This document shows, piece by piece, positions 53,496 to 64,000 of a stretch of DNA of 64,000 nucleotides. The stretch comes from Narcine bancroftii (taxonomy: Eukaryota): NCBI RefSeq assembly GCF_036971445.1, contig NC_091480.1, positions 87,606,001 to 87,670,000 on the forward strand, written 5' to 3'. Under the pieces are notes generated by a model. The model was not told the DNA's origin. It worked only from the letters and a program-made list of their open reading frames with translations, and did not search any database. Numbering within the stretch: position 1 is the first letter of the stretch; each line of letters starts with the position of its first letter. The position numbers were made by a program, and so were the translations under genes.

Positions 53496-53969
53496 ATGCA
53501 GGAAGATTCCAATTCCCCGTTTTCTCCTGTGGACAGCTCAAGCAACAGCGAGGGGGAGCAGGACTCGCAGCAGAAGAGAAATGGCAGGAAGAGGCGTTCA
53601 GGCCAAAGGTCTCATCGACCCAGCGCCGGTAAGAAAGGCATGAAGATCTCTCCTCTTGCCCAGAGCTTGGAAGACATTCAGACCCAAAGAGTGGTGGCCA
53701 ACGTGAGAGAGCGTCAGAGGACACAATCCCTGAATGATGCGTTTGCCACCCTTCGGAAAATCATCCCCACTCTGCCTTCAGATAAACTCAGTAAAATCCA
53801 AATCCTTAAACTGGCCACGAGGTACATCGACTTTCTTTACCAAGTGCTGCAGAACGACGAGATGGACAGCAAGGTGACAAGCTGTAGTTATCTGTCACAC
53901 GAAAGACTCAGTTATGCTTTTTCAGTCTGGCGGATGGAGGAGTCCTGGCCCTTGTCCGCTGGGCCTTAG
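53496..53969 (+). CDS. twist3: Twist-family bHLH transcription factor, 157 aa (Twist3; may be auto-annotated twist2-like)
   Basis: b[54 protein letters not shown], Twist box [14 protein letters not shown]-terminal SP..SPVDS..NSE motif and RKRR NLS. NDAF and KIQIL match Twist3 (Twist1/2 have NEAF and KIQTL). ATG in context aacATG. Confidence 0.9.
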   Translation: MQEDSNSPFSPVDSSSNSEGEQDSQQKRNGRKRRSGQRSHRPSAGKKGMKISPLAQSLEDIQTQRVVANVRERQRTQSLNDAFATLRKIIPTLPSDKLSKIQILKLATRYIDFLYQVLQNDEMDSKVTSCSYLSHERLSYAFSVWRMEESWPLSAGP

Positions 53970-53986
53970 TGTCTGCTGCCAATCAG

Positions 53987-55617
53987 GTAAATGCGAAGGA
54001 CTTATTGTCGAGACGTTTGCAAAAAAAATAGCTCCGTTCTTTCCACTATATAGATGGGGTTAAATAAACACCTAGCATTAATGAGGTCTTTTCATCTCAA
54101 CGTCAAGCGTTGCCAGATGATGCCAACCGCCTGCTGTTTCACTTTGCTGTTTCCCTGTATCTCCCTTGAATTCTTTGACGGAACTTTTTTTCAGGCTTTT
54201 ATTTATCCCACCGTATCAGGGTAAAAAGGGGGATTTTGAGGGCGAGATCTAATAGCCTTTGCAAGTAGTGAAACCACACAATGGTCGCAGTTTCCTCCAT
54301 TCACTCTGGCGTGAAAGAAAGTTTGAATCATCGAGCCGCAGGAAAGTTTTCATTGGTACCAAATTTTATCACTGCAGCCATTCCACTCCAAACCTACGCC
54401 CTCTCTCCCAATAACAAAACTTTCCTCCCAATAAACAAAACTTTTCAGGTTCTCGGGATCTGGGATCTTGTGGTTCGTCTTAGTGACTTTTAAAAAAAAA
54501 CTTTTGTTTTGCTCGACCCCAAACAAGGGTCGGCGGTGGCGTTCCATTCAAACCGCATTCGGGTTTCTTATTGTAGACCTCAAAAGCTGGGACGCTGGAA
54601 ATTTCAAGTGAATTTTGTTCTTTGTTCATTTGCGACCATTTCAAAAGACTCTCTCTGACTTTGCAGGCACGTTGATCTGCTACGTTGGAACTCGACGCCA
54701 GTCGCCAGCGCATCAAAAGATGAACTAAGTGTAATCAAAATTCAAAAGCACTTACAAACTGGGCAATGGATGTGGTTATTCCCACAATTATACGGGGACA
54801 TCAGGCAACGCCGATCCGTGGATTCCAATGTTATCTATTTATTTGCATGTCTTCTACAAGGCTTCAATTCCACCGTATATCGAGTGGCGGGACTGGGAAA
54901 TCGTTGTGTTGAACAAGGAAGAAAACTTCGGACTGGGAGACATAAACTTTGTTGTGAAATATTATTTTTTTAATTGGAAACCGAACTTTATCTCTGGAGA
55001 AGGAGCTCTGAATGTTGCGAACCTTCTTGTTATTTTGAGTAAAAGCTGTAGGGCGTAATAAATGCACATTACGCCCAGCTTTTTTTTGGGGGGGGGGGTT
55101 ATATTAAGAAGTCGAGTTTTGGTGGCTCTCTTGGTCCCTGGGGAGCCGTGAGACCTTCAGTAGTTTTTTTTTTAAAACTTATACAGATGGCTCACAGGCT
55201 TCAATATCAATTTTCTGTGCGTTTAACGTGGTGATCCTTTATGTACTGCAGGGTTATCAGACACGTTAAAACAAAGATCAGCTTCGGAGGATTAGAAGTT
55301 CCACCCTAATCGAATGAACAACGTTTCAAAACTTATTTTCTTGTAATTAATACAGTTGGGATAGCGATTCAGAAGCAGAAAATAAACGAACTTTGAGTAA
55401 AATGAGTCATGTATGATGTCTTCATTATTACTTGCTGATCACTGTCCCAACAGTTCATCCCCAAATTTAGGGGATGACCAGAATTTGCAGGTTAAATTTA
55501 GTTCTCAGCAAATGCAAGCTTGGCTGGATCAGGAATCCCCTTGACGAAATTGATGTTTTTTCTTAAAAACGGAACATTCTGGGGTTCTCATTACCTTTCT
55601 AACATGTTCTTTTCCAG
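53987..55617 (+). other. twist3: Predicted 3' UTR intron of twist3
   Basis: Donor CAG|GTAAAT 17 nt after the stop; branch-like ttctaac (about 55597-55603) and acceptor ttcttttccAG; mirrors the TWIST1/2 gene structure. Confidence 0.6.
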
Positions 55618-56020
55618 AACACAACAGCTAGCGGACGCTGGTGTGAGGTTCCAATACACTGCTAGGCATCTCCTATTGCAGGTGTCAGGGCTTGTGCAGA
55701 TAAAGAACGCGAAGCGCGGGATGAGGGGACAGAATTCAACCTGAACATGTTTTTTAATCCCCCACCCACCCCGGATGAGAGAGAAATGACCCGATTTGGT
55801 TTTCCTAACGATGCTGGTTTCGACTGCTCATAGCAAACAATACCAGACTTATCCGCCACTAAACCAAAGATAGAATTCAATGCAACCTTAAAATATGCAG
55901 AAATACTGGGTCAAAAATTACAATTTCTCTCCAACTTTTGCGTTATGCTTTAAAGGTGTAGTCACGACGAGTGGTTTAAAATTGTGTCAGTTTCCTTTTA
56001 AAAAGAAAAATCAGATTTGC

Positions 56021-56053
56021 TTTTAATTTTTTTTATAACTTGTGTACAATAAA
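56021..56053 (+). terminator. Predicted twist3 polyadenylation signal
   Basis: U-rich tract, TGTA (56043) and AATAAA (56048-56053), with a T/GT-rich stretch downstream. Confidence 0.55.
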
Positions 56054-56969
56054 ATGATATTCTGCTTTGAAAAGTTGAAGCAATGCTTTTGGTTTCTTTA
56101 CAGCCCATATGCTCGTCCCTCGGTGAATTTAAAAAAAACTTTTTAATGGTAACATTTTAAATACAGTTCTTAATACAAAGCAAATTAATGAGAACAAACT
56201 TGCTCGACTTTGAACTTGGAGCAATATATTGTCTCAGAATTCTAATATAAAGGTGGTTCTGGAAATCAGCGTGAATTTCAAGTTCTCCTGAGTTCCAACG
56301 TGCACATCACAGAACCGCGTGTTCCACTTTTGACAAAAACAAATGTTATAATTCCAGCTGGTTCTTGTAAGGTGGGGAAGGCTGGACCCCAACCCACCCT
56401 CAAGCCGCCCGTCAGCTGGAGCGGGTTCGTTTCCTCTCTTTGACCCTCTTTGTGTGATTCCAGTTTCCTTGAGAGAAACCTGCTCGCACAGCCATTCCAA
56501 ACCACGTTCTTTCGCGGACAAAAGAAGTTCAAGGCAACCCCTCTCCTTTCCCCCACGCACACTTGTTCATCAAAATTTGTACATTTAAAAAAATACTGCA
56601 ATCAAACAATAACTTTTCCAAACTAAAACGAGTTGCTCTGGATATCTGTATGTGTTACATTTTTTTAATCAAAGATCACCAAACTTCTAACAGAAGGAGA
56701 TTGGGTTGCTTCTTCACGTTTGGGACATTTCCCCAAATCACAGCGCTTCTGAATTCTCCCTGAAACTTTCCTCGCAAACACGTGTCCTTGTGGTTTATAA
56801 CCAAGCGGCCGTTCGCGTGGAACCAAATTCTGTCTTTTAAGAGGTAACAAGGTAGCACATCTCAACACCCAAAGACTGATTTTTTTTTTAAAAAAGTTAA
56901 AAGTGACATTATTCTCGGAAGGATGTCGATGGAGAAAGTCACTGAGCGCTCCTGGAGTGGGACCCAGGA

Positions 56970-57385
56970 TAACTTCAGAAGAGCATAAGAAATAGGAGCA
57001 GGAGTTGGCCAACCGGCCCGTCGAGCCTGCTGCGCCATTATCTCCACCTACCGGCCTTTTCCTCGTACCCCGTAGTTCCATTACTATCTATCCAACCTTG
57101 TCTTAAATACATTTACGGAGGTCGCCTTCCTCTGCTTCAATGGGCAGCGAATTCCACCGATGGGAAAAGCAGATCCTCCTCATCTCTGTCCTAAATTTAC
57201 TACCTTGCAATCTTGAGCCTCTGTCCCCTAGTTCTAGTCTCCCCCACCAATGGAAACAATTGCTCTACTTCAATCTTATCTATGCCTTTCATAGTTTTGT
57301 ACGTTTCCATAAGATCCCTTCTCGTTCTTTTAAATTCCAGTGTGCGCAGCCCCAGACCAATCAATCCCTCGTCCTAGGTTGACCC
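56970..57385 (-). mobile_element. CR1 LINE 3' end fragment
   Basis: cataagaaataggagcaggagttggcc tail and the RT C-terminal region in reverse. Confidence 0.7.
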
Positions 57386-57794
57386 CAGTCGTTTTGAAAG
57401 CTTACAGTAGATTTGCATCTTGCTGCTTTACTGTCATTCCACAGATATGTGCAGATGCACCGAAATTCTGAATTGCTGCAGCCAAACAGGTAGAGTTACG
57501 AATAGTATAAATGAGAAGTTACCACAATTCGCCTTGCAATACCCACTCCAGAATAATGGGACGCCCGCAGATAACACTGCCCCTTTAATATTCGTTTCCA
57601 CCGGGAGCGCCTGTGCCGTGGAGGAGGAGGCTGACCCGTCTGCAGAGGAGAGACAGCGAGCGGGGGTCGATGACCCCGCCGGGAGACGAGCTCGGTCAGA
57701 GAGAGCGAGAGCTTTCATTACTTGAAAGGGTCAGGGTGGATCGGAGGTTGGCGTAAAGGTCGCCTCTGGGTGGAGAGATCGCGACCGTGGCGTG

Positions 57795-58337
57795 GGGTGG
57801 GGTGAGAGAGAACTGGGCCGACAGGGGGTGGGGGGGGGGAGAGAGGACTGGGCTGAGAGGGGGTGGGGGGAGAGAGGACTGGGCCGAGAGGGGGTGAGGA
57901 GAGAGGACAGGGCCGAGAGGGGGTGTGGGGGGGGGAGAGAGGACTGGGCCGAGAGGGGGTGGGGGGGGGAGAGAGGACTGGGCCGAGAGGGGGTGGGGGG
58001 AAGAGAGGACTTGGCCGAGAGGGGGTGGGGGGGGGAGAGAGGACTGGGCCGAGAGGGGGTGGGGGGAAGAGAGGACTTGGCCGAGAGGGGGTGGGGGGGG
58101 GAAGAGAGGACTGGGCCGAGAGGGGGTGGGGGGAAGAGAGGACTTGGCCGAGAGGGGGTGGGGGGGGGAAGAGAGGACTGGGCCGAGAGGGGGTGGGGGG
58201 GGGAAGAGAGGACTGGGCCGAGAGGGGGTGGGGGGGGGGGAAGAGAGGACTGGGCCGAGAGGGGGTGGGGGGGGGAAGAGAGGACTGGGCCGAGAGGGGG
58301 GGGAAAGAAAGAGGACTGGGCTGAGGGGGGGGGGGGG
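57795..58337. repeat. G-rich minisatellite, about 16 units of 30-37 bp
   Basis: Unit gagaggactgggccgagagggggt(g)n(a/aa). Confidence 0.95.
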
Positions 58338-59032
58338 AATGTTGAGGTTAGTGCGGGGTGGGAGGTTAGAAGGAAGGACCAGATTTTGGTGGGCGATTTT
58401 ATCAATTTCATTCACCGTGTTTCCCGGGGAGCAGCGAGATTAGAGCCAATTACTGATAATCCCTAATTGGAGTGAGTGAGCGTTGAAATGCATCACCTCT
58501 GATGAGTTGAGGTTACACGCGATGTTCATCCACCTCAAGTGCGCAAAAGGCACTTCATGCAAGTGTGTAATTTGATTTATTTTATACGACAGATTATATC
58601 CGGAATAAACGTTTCCTGATCTTGGGTTAAGATAAACTTTCTCCTTTTTAAAAAAAAAATTCCGTCTAATTTGCCATGAAACCATCCAACCGTGATATCA
58701 TCCCACGTTCTACCCCTGTACCGGTCTAAAGGTGAGAGCATTGGGACTAAAGTCCCCAGCACCTGGTCCCACTGGGGCTGCCTTGTTTGACTGTTCCATG
58801 AGGTGCTGCACCTGGTCGCTGCGCCTCCCCCGAACCCAAGGCGCGGCGCTGGAAATCAATGACTCGGAGGATGGTCCAAACGGCTCAAATTCAGCAAAAC
58901 CCACGAGGACCGAAAATGAAAAGCGCCACTTGACTTTTGAGATCCTGCTCTCAGCGATTCTGACAGCGCGAACTGGGCCGAACGATCCCCCCCCCCCCCC
59001 TTCCCTGTCGTTCCCTGATGTAACCAATTGAC

Positions 59033-59185
59033 CTACTTCAATCTTATCTCATGCCTTTCAAAGTTTTGTACGTTTCCATAAGATCCCTTCTCCTTCTTCT
59101 AAATTGGAGTGTGCACAGCCCCAGACCAATCAATCCCTCGTCCCAGGTTGACCCCAGTCGTTTTGAAAGCTGACAGTAGATTTGC
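59033..59185. repeat. Direct-repeat copy of 57265-57416
   Basis: About 150 bp, roughly 90% identical by eye. Confidence 0.9.
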
Positions 59186-61749
59186 CCTGATGTTAAAAGT
59201 GATCGGAAAAGTAGCTCGGAATTGGCTTCATTGGGTTGGCGAGCAGAAGCGGGGGACAGACGGTCTCCAAAAGCACCCAGGGCTGGGGAAACTCTTTGTC
59301 AAGGCTCCTTTGAAATACATCCCTGGGTCATTATCAAGGTGATGTTCAGACAAGCCCAGCTTGTCTAGAAAGGCTGGGAACGGAAGATCTACACCATTTT
59401 TATTATGTATTCAATAGGCATCTAGTCTGCAGACTGAAGTTAAAAACGCAACGCTGGAGACACTCAGCAGGTCCTTGATGCCACCAACCAACCACCTCTG
59501 CGCCGTCTGCCCTGCCGGGCGTCTCCAGCTTTGTGTTTCACCTCCATCCCGCTGTCTGCAGATTTACATCTCGTTCGGTTCACAACTTGAAGACGCCTCG
59601 CAATAAAAACAATTATTCGCGACCCGAGTGATGGAAAACGCGCCCCCCGGCCAGACGATCGTCGTCGCAGCCGCAGCCAGACCCCCTCTTCTGGGATTCC
59701 TTTCTGCTCGAATGCAGAGAGGATTCAGATCTGGTGCCTTCTCGCCCTCGAGGAGTTTGCAGTCAACAGTGAACCCCAAAAGCGAAAATCCAGCCAATGC
59801 CATTTGCATTCTGGATTCTAATGATAGAATTCAGGTGGATTTCAAACCCCAATCGTTCACCATCAGTGGAAACCCGAGTTTGGTTTCTCCCCGGCTCAGT
59901 CATCCGAGTCAAGACCAGCATTGCAGGAAAATACAAGTCATTATTAGCTCGGAGAGGTGCAATATCTCGTATTTAACGTCGACTTTGTGATAAAGTTACC
60001 TGTTGGAACTTGTATGTGAAATTATTGACTCTCCGGGGACTTATTTGCAGTACTAACATGTCCTTTACACGGATTAATTTGAATTAAATCTTTTTTTTTA
60101 ACAAAACATTGAGCTTGTCAAAACACAAAACGACGGGCTGGCAAGTCACAAGCCCTAACACAGCAGCCAGCGCCTGCTCCTTTCCTGCCACATGCTCGCA
60201 GGCTCGTTGATTGGCTACATGTGTGCTCTTTGTCCTTCAGCTACTTAGTGGAGATCAAAGCCATTAGAAACCTCTCTTTCAACCGAATGCAGAGCAGCAT
60301 GGATTGTTTATGGGGTGTTTTTTATGACCAAATCTCTGATTTCACTGTGAATCCGACCCTGTTAAGATCACCCTTTGTGTAGCATTCGATTAGGAAAATT
60401 GTAAACTATCAACTTTGAAAGCGGTGCTTTGTTGCATCTTCTCCTCGCTGGTCTAAATTGTGCTTTCAATTTTCCAGTCTCTAATTTAAGTCGACCACGT
60501 TCCCTCAGTATTTAACTCAAGTCGTGATCTTGATTCATTCTGATAAGATTGTAACCTCATGAGATCTATTCCTTTCTTCCCTCCACCGGCTGAATAGTTT
60601 GGCTCTTCAAGATCTGGCTGCAATTCAAGCATGCATGTGATGAAATCATGGGTCAGAGGACTTTAAAAGAGGCTGCAGTGAAACTCGTTCCCTCAAATCA
60701 AAATCTGCATTGCACAAACATTTCCATTCTGTGAAATGCAAAATATAATGGAGAGGTCAGTTCAACATTGTGGAATCTCACTTGTAGATCAACGTTATAA
60801 AGCAGCGCTCAAATTCCTGCTTTCTTTCCCATACCGCAGTAATGCACTAATCAAATCACTCTGTGAGCAGCTCCCATGATTGCAGATGAAGTCGACCTTT
60901 CTTGTCAGTTCGCTGCTCCAAAGCTGCCCTTTTGCACACTATTTGTGCAAAAGACACCAGTGTTAAAGGTTGGAAGCTCTTCATTTCGTTCCAAGTCTTT
61001 CAAAATCAACATTATCCCTTATTGGGTAAATATAGGCCAGTTATTGTACGACGTTGCTCAGTGCAGGTGAGTTTCAGGTATAGGTCTCAGTCTGGGCAAG
61101 GTGAGCTGAATGTCTGTCTGAGCAATTCAAAGCATGACACAAGTGGCTTGCTAACTAAATCAGGGGCTCTCAGAAATGAGTTCTTCCCTGCCAGATCGCC
61201 AGAGTTGTCCTCCTCCTTCAAACCACGTGGCTTTCCCTCTACCACCATCAACTCAGCCCCTTACCTGCATGTCCTCCATCACCCACACATCTGCTCTGGC
61301 CTGATCTTCCCCCATGTGCAACAAGGACAGGATTCCTTTCTGCTAGAATGTAAAGTGGATTCAGATCTGGTGCCGTTAAATTCACCCATATGTGAAAAAT
61401 AGCTGATTATGCAAAATTATTTCAGATCTGCAGAGGACCGAAGGGAAGAAATGTGTGCATGGGGCTGGGGTGCACATTTACAATGTGCTCTGCATCATGG
61501 GAGAGGATTTGCCAAAGCATCTTGATGTAAACAATTGAAATCTTTTTACCCCTGGAACTAATATTAAAAAGCCTTCATAAAACCATTATTAGCATAAAAA
61601 GTAATGATGGCATCGTCTATTGGAAAGTGTCCTTCTAAAGTAGAAGCCAAATTAACTCTGGCGGTCAATAAAAAATCGTCAGGTTTTTTTGGTGAGAGTG
61701 GGGGCATCCTTCCCAATAAGCAAGGACACTAGTTATTACCAGCGTAACA

Positions 61750-62420
61750 AAAACAGAAAATGCTGGAAATTCTCAGCAGGTCAGGCAGAATCTGTGGAGA
61801 CCTGAAACATTCACTCTTTCTCGCTGGGAGACCGGGAGATCACTTTGTTGAGCATTTCCCTGTGGGCACCCATCCCATGGACATATCTGTCCATGGTCTC
61901 GTGCACTGCCAGACTGAGACCACCAGTAAATTGGAAGAACAGCTCACCTTGTGACTGGGCCCCCTCCAACCGGATTCCATTAATATCGACTTCTCTGGCT
62001 TTTGTTAAACACCCCTCCCCTCCTCTCTCCTCCCCCAAACCCCATCGCTGTCTCTCTATTCGCACAAACATGATAAATTCTTACCTCGTCCCTTATCATA
62101 TCCAATCAACACCTTTTGTTGGTCTGGATTCCTCCCTCACAGTTTGAATTCTGAAACTATGAGATTTCTTCTTCTTTGCTCACTCTGCTTATTCCTTGAC
62201 GAAGAGCTCAGACCTGAAATGTCGGCAACATATCTTTGTCTCCTATGGACCCTGAAAAGACCGGCTGAGTTCCTCCAGCATTTTGGTGGGATTTTACTAC
62301 AATCACATCATCTGCAGACATTCGTGTTTCACTCTTTTTCTCTTTCCAAAGTTGCTGCCCAACCTGTTGAGTACTTACAATATTTTCGGATTCTATATTT
62401 CAGATTTCAAGCATCTGCAG
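61750..62420 (+). mobile_element. Penelope-like element 3' fragment with terminal repeats
   Basis: DISVHGLVHCQTETTSKLEEQL remnant; terminal repeat ...gctgagttcctccagcatttt...tctgcagac; an inverted terminal-repeat piece at about 61758. Confidence 0.75.
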
Positions 62421-63329
62421 CTTCTTTTATTTTAATGATTTTCACAGAAGTATCACAAATTGAGAACTGGAATCATGAAATTACAGATTACAATTTAAAA
62501 CTGTTTTTACATAAACATAGATACTCCATACCCAGTGAATATATTTCTGTAATTTATAAGCAAGAATAGTCACTAATATCGCTGGTCACAGCGGTGTTTA
62601 GCATTTACTCAGATTAATTTGTGTTCACGTTAACCATAAAGCCCGCAAGTTGGCCCAGATATAACCTTGGAAGGAAGGAAGCCTTTGAGGTTTCATCTAC
62701 CTATTTGACAGTGGATGACACAGCACAGGACCCGTGTTTTGCCATGTCTTTTCGAAAGCTGAACTCACTGAGTTCAAAATCTATTAATCTAAAATAGCCT
62801 GCGTACTTCAACATTGTTGATGTTTAAGATGAACGAAGTGCATCATTTGTTGATTTTTTTTACCCTGAGAATGTGGAATTCTTGCCTGAAATCTATGGAT
62901 GAGAAGACACTTTGAAAACAAACTTATAGTATCAGTGAATACATTTGAACTTGTACATAGCAGAAAATGAAGAGATGGTGGGAGAATTAACCATCAGTTT
63001 TTGATACACTGTCTGGTAATACAAACAGGTTTTATTTCCACAGGGATGATATTTTCCACAGGGGAGAATGTACATGGGGTACTTGTGACAATAGGATAAA
63101 TGGTGCAATACTGAGTATGCCTCCGAAGGTGATCTCTGGGTGTGTGACTGGACTAAATGAGGGTCCTCCATGTCTTCCTACAAATGAGGCAGATGTTCAG
63201 TCAAAATTGGCACTGACGTATTCTCTTCTAATCTGATTTTCTTCCTCTTATATAATCAAGGCTGATATAATAATCACAGTATTTTGGAAAGTCAGTGTCG
63301 ATGCTGTGCAATTGCTCAGAAAATGGAGG

Positions 63330-63750
63330 TATTAGGACTCCTTCCATCTGATAGCCCACAGGTCACCCTCAGTACCTGTTTAGCCTGCATATCAGGGTCA
63401 TATGAAGCCATGGATTGCAGATGGTGGATGGTTTTTACCAGCGGATTCTACAAATTGGAATTTATGTGTGTAAAACTAAAAACGTTGGGCAGATGAATCT
63501 GCTGATCAATGGCCAGGGCTACCCGTCCAGTACGGACCCTGCAAATGAAGAAGGCAATGGGAAACCACTTCAGTATTTTTCCCTTGTATAATCATGAACT
63601 CAACATCGACTACGGTCTCAGCTCAAAGATGGAGCCTTCACTGAAGGAGAACGGGGAGGCAACATCTAAAATTCAGAGGGTCAGAGATCATGACAGATGG
63701 ATAGACATGATCGCCCATGCCAAATGGCAAGGCACCTGAATGACTGACGA
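63330..63750 (+). mobile_element. RTE/BovB-related non-autonomous element
   Basis: gaagaaggcaatgggaaaccacttcagtattttt (63547-63580) resembles the RTE/Bov-A motif; short-repeat tail tgaatgactgacga. Left boundary uncertain. Confidence 0.5.
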
Positions 63751-64000
63751 TTTTGGAAAGACATGGAATGTCAACAAAATTGAATTTAAAAAGGGTAATA
63801 ATATTTTGTTAGAGGAAAAAAATCTTAGAAAACTATCATCTTTAATTGGAGCAAGAAATAAACGACTAGAGGAACTCAGCAGGTCAAACAGCATCTGTGG
63901 AGGTAGATGTTCAAGTTCTGATTCATGTTTATTACCAAGGTACAATGAAAAAAAAAACTTTGTGAGTGCAATCTGGCTATACAACCCATAAATTAAAGCA

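Noticed and set aside
57696-58466. Multiple 150-240-aa ORFs on both strands
   Set aside because: Open in nearly all frames because the G-rich minisatellite lacks stop codons.
56100-64000. hdac5 coding exons expected from synteny
   Set aside because: No HDAC-like peptide was recognised in any frame; the gene presumably lies beyond the window.

Overview
This is eukaryotic, intron-containing vertebrate DNA, most likely from a cartilaginous fish. The evidence is the abundance of HE1-type V-SINEs, shark/ray-type CR1 and Penelope elements; a ray is suspected but cannot be proven here. Three genes are supported. (1) The 5' end of lsm12 lies on the minus strand (exons 6305-6425 and 1-83), joined by a textbook U12 minor-spliceosome intron. 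(2) A complete six-exon g6pc3 lies on the plus strand (20540-37225, 347 aa, PAP2 catalytic motifs intact). (3) A single-coding-exon Twist bHLH gene (53496-53969) has diagnostic residues and an lsm12-g6pc3 position that identify it as twist3, the paralog lost in mammals; its C-terminal Twist-box tail is unusually diverged. The rest is repeat-rich: young RTE LINE copies, CR1, Rex1/Babar-like and Penelope fragments (the latter with minimal hammerhead-like motifs), Chapaev3 and Tc1/pogo/hAT DNA elements, a solo LTR, a 5S rRNA-derived SINE, LINE-derived tandem arrays and G/C-rich minisatellites. There is one assembly gap. No prokaryote-type system such as CRISPR is present, and most ORF-track entries are repeat artefacts. 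Family assignments rest on recalled motifs, not database searches, and repeat boundaries are approximate unless a TSD or TIR is given.
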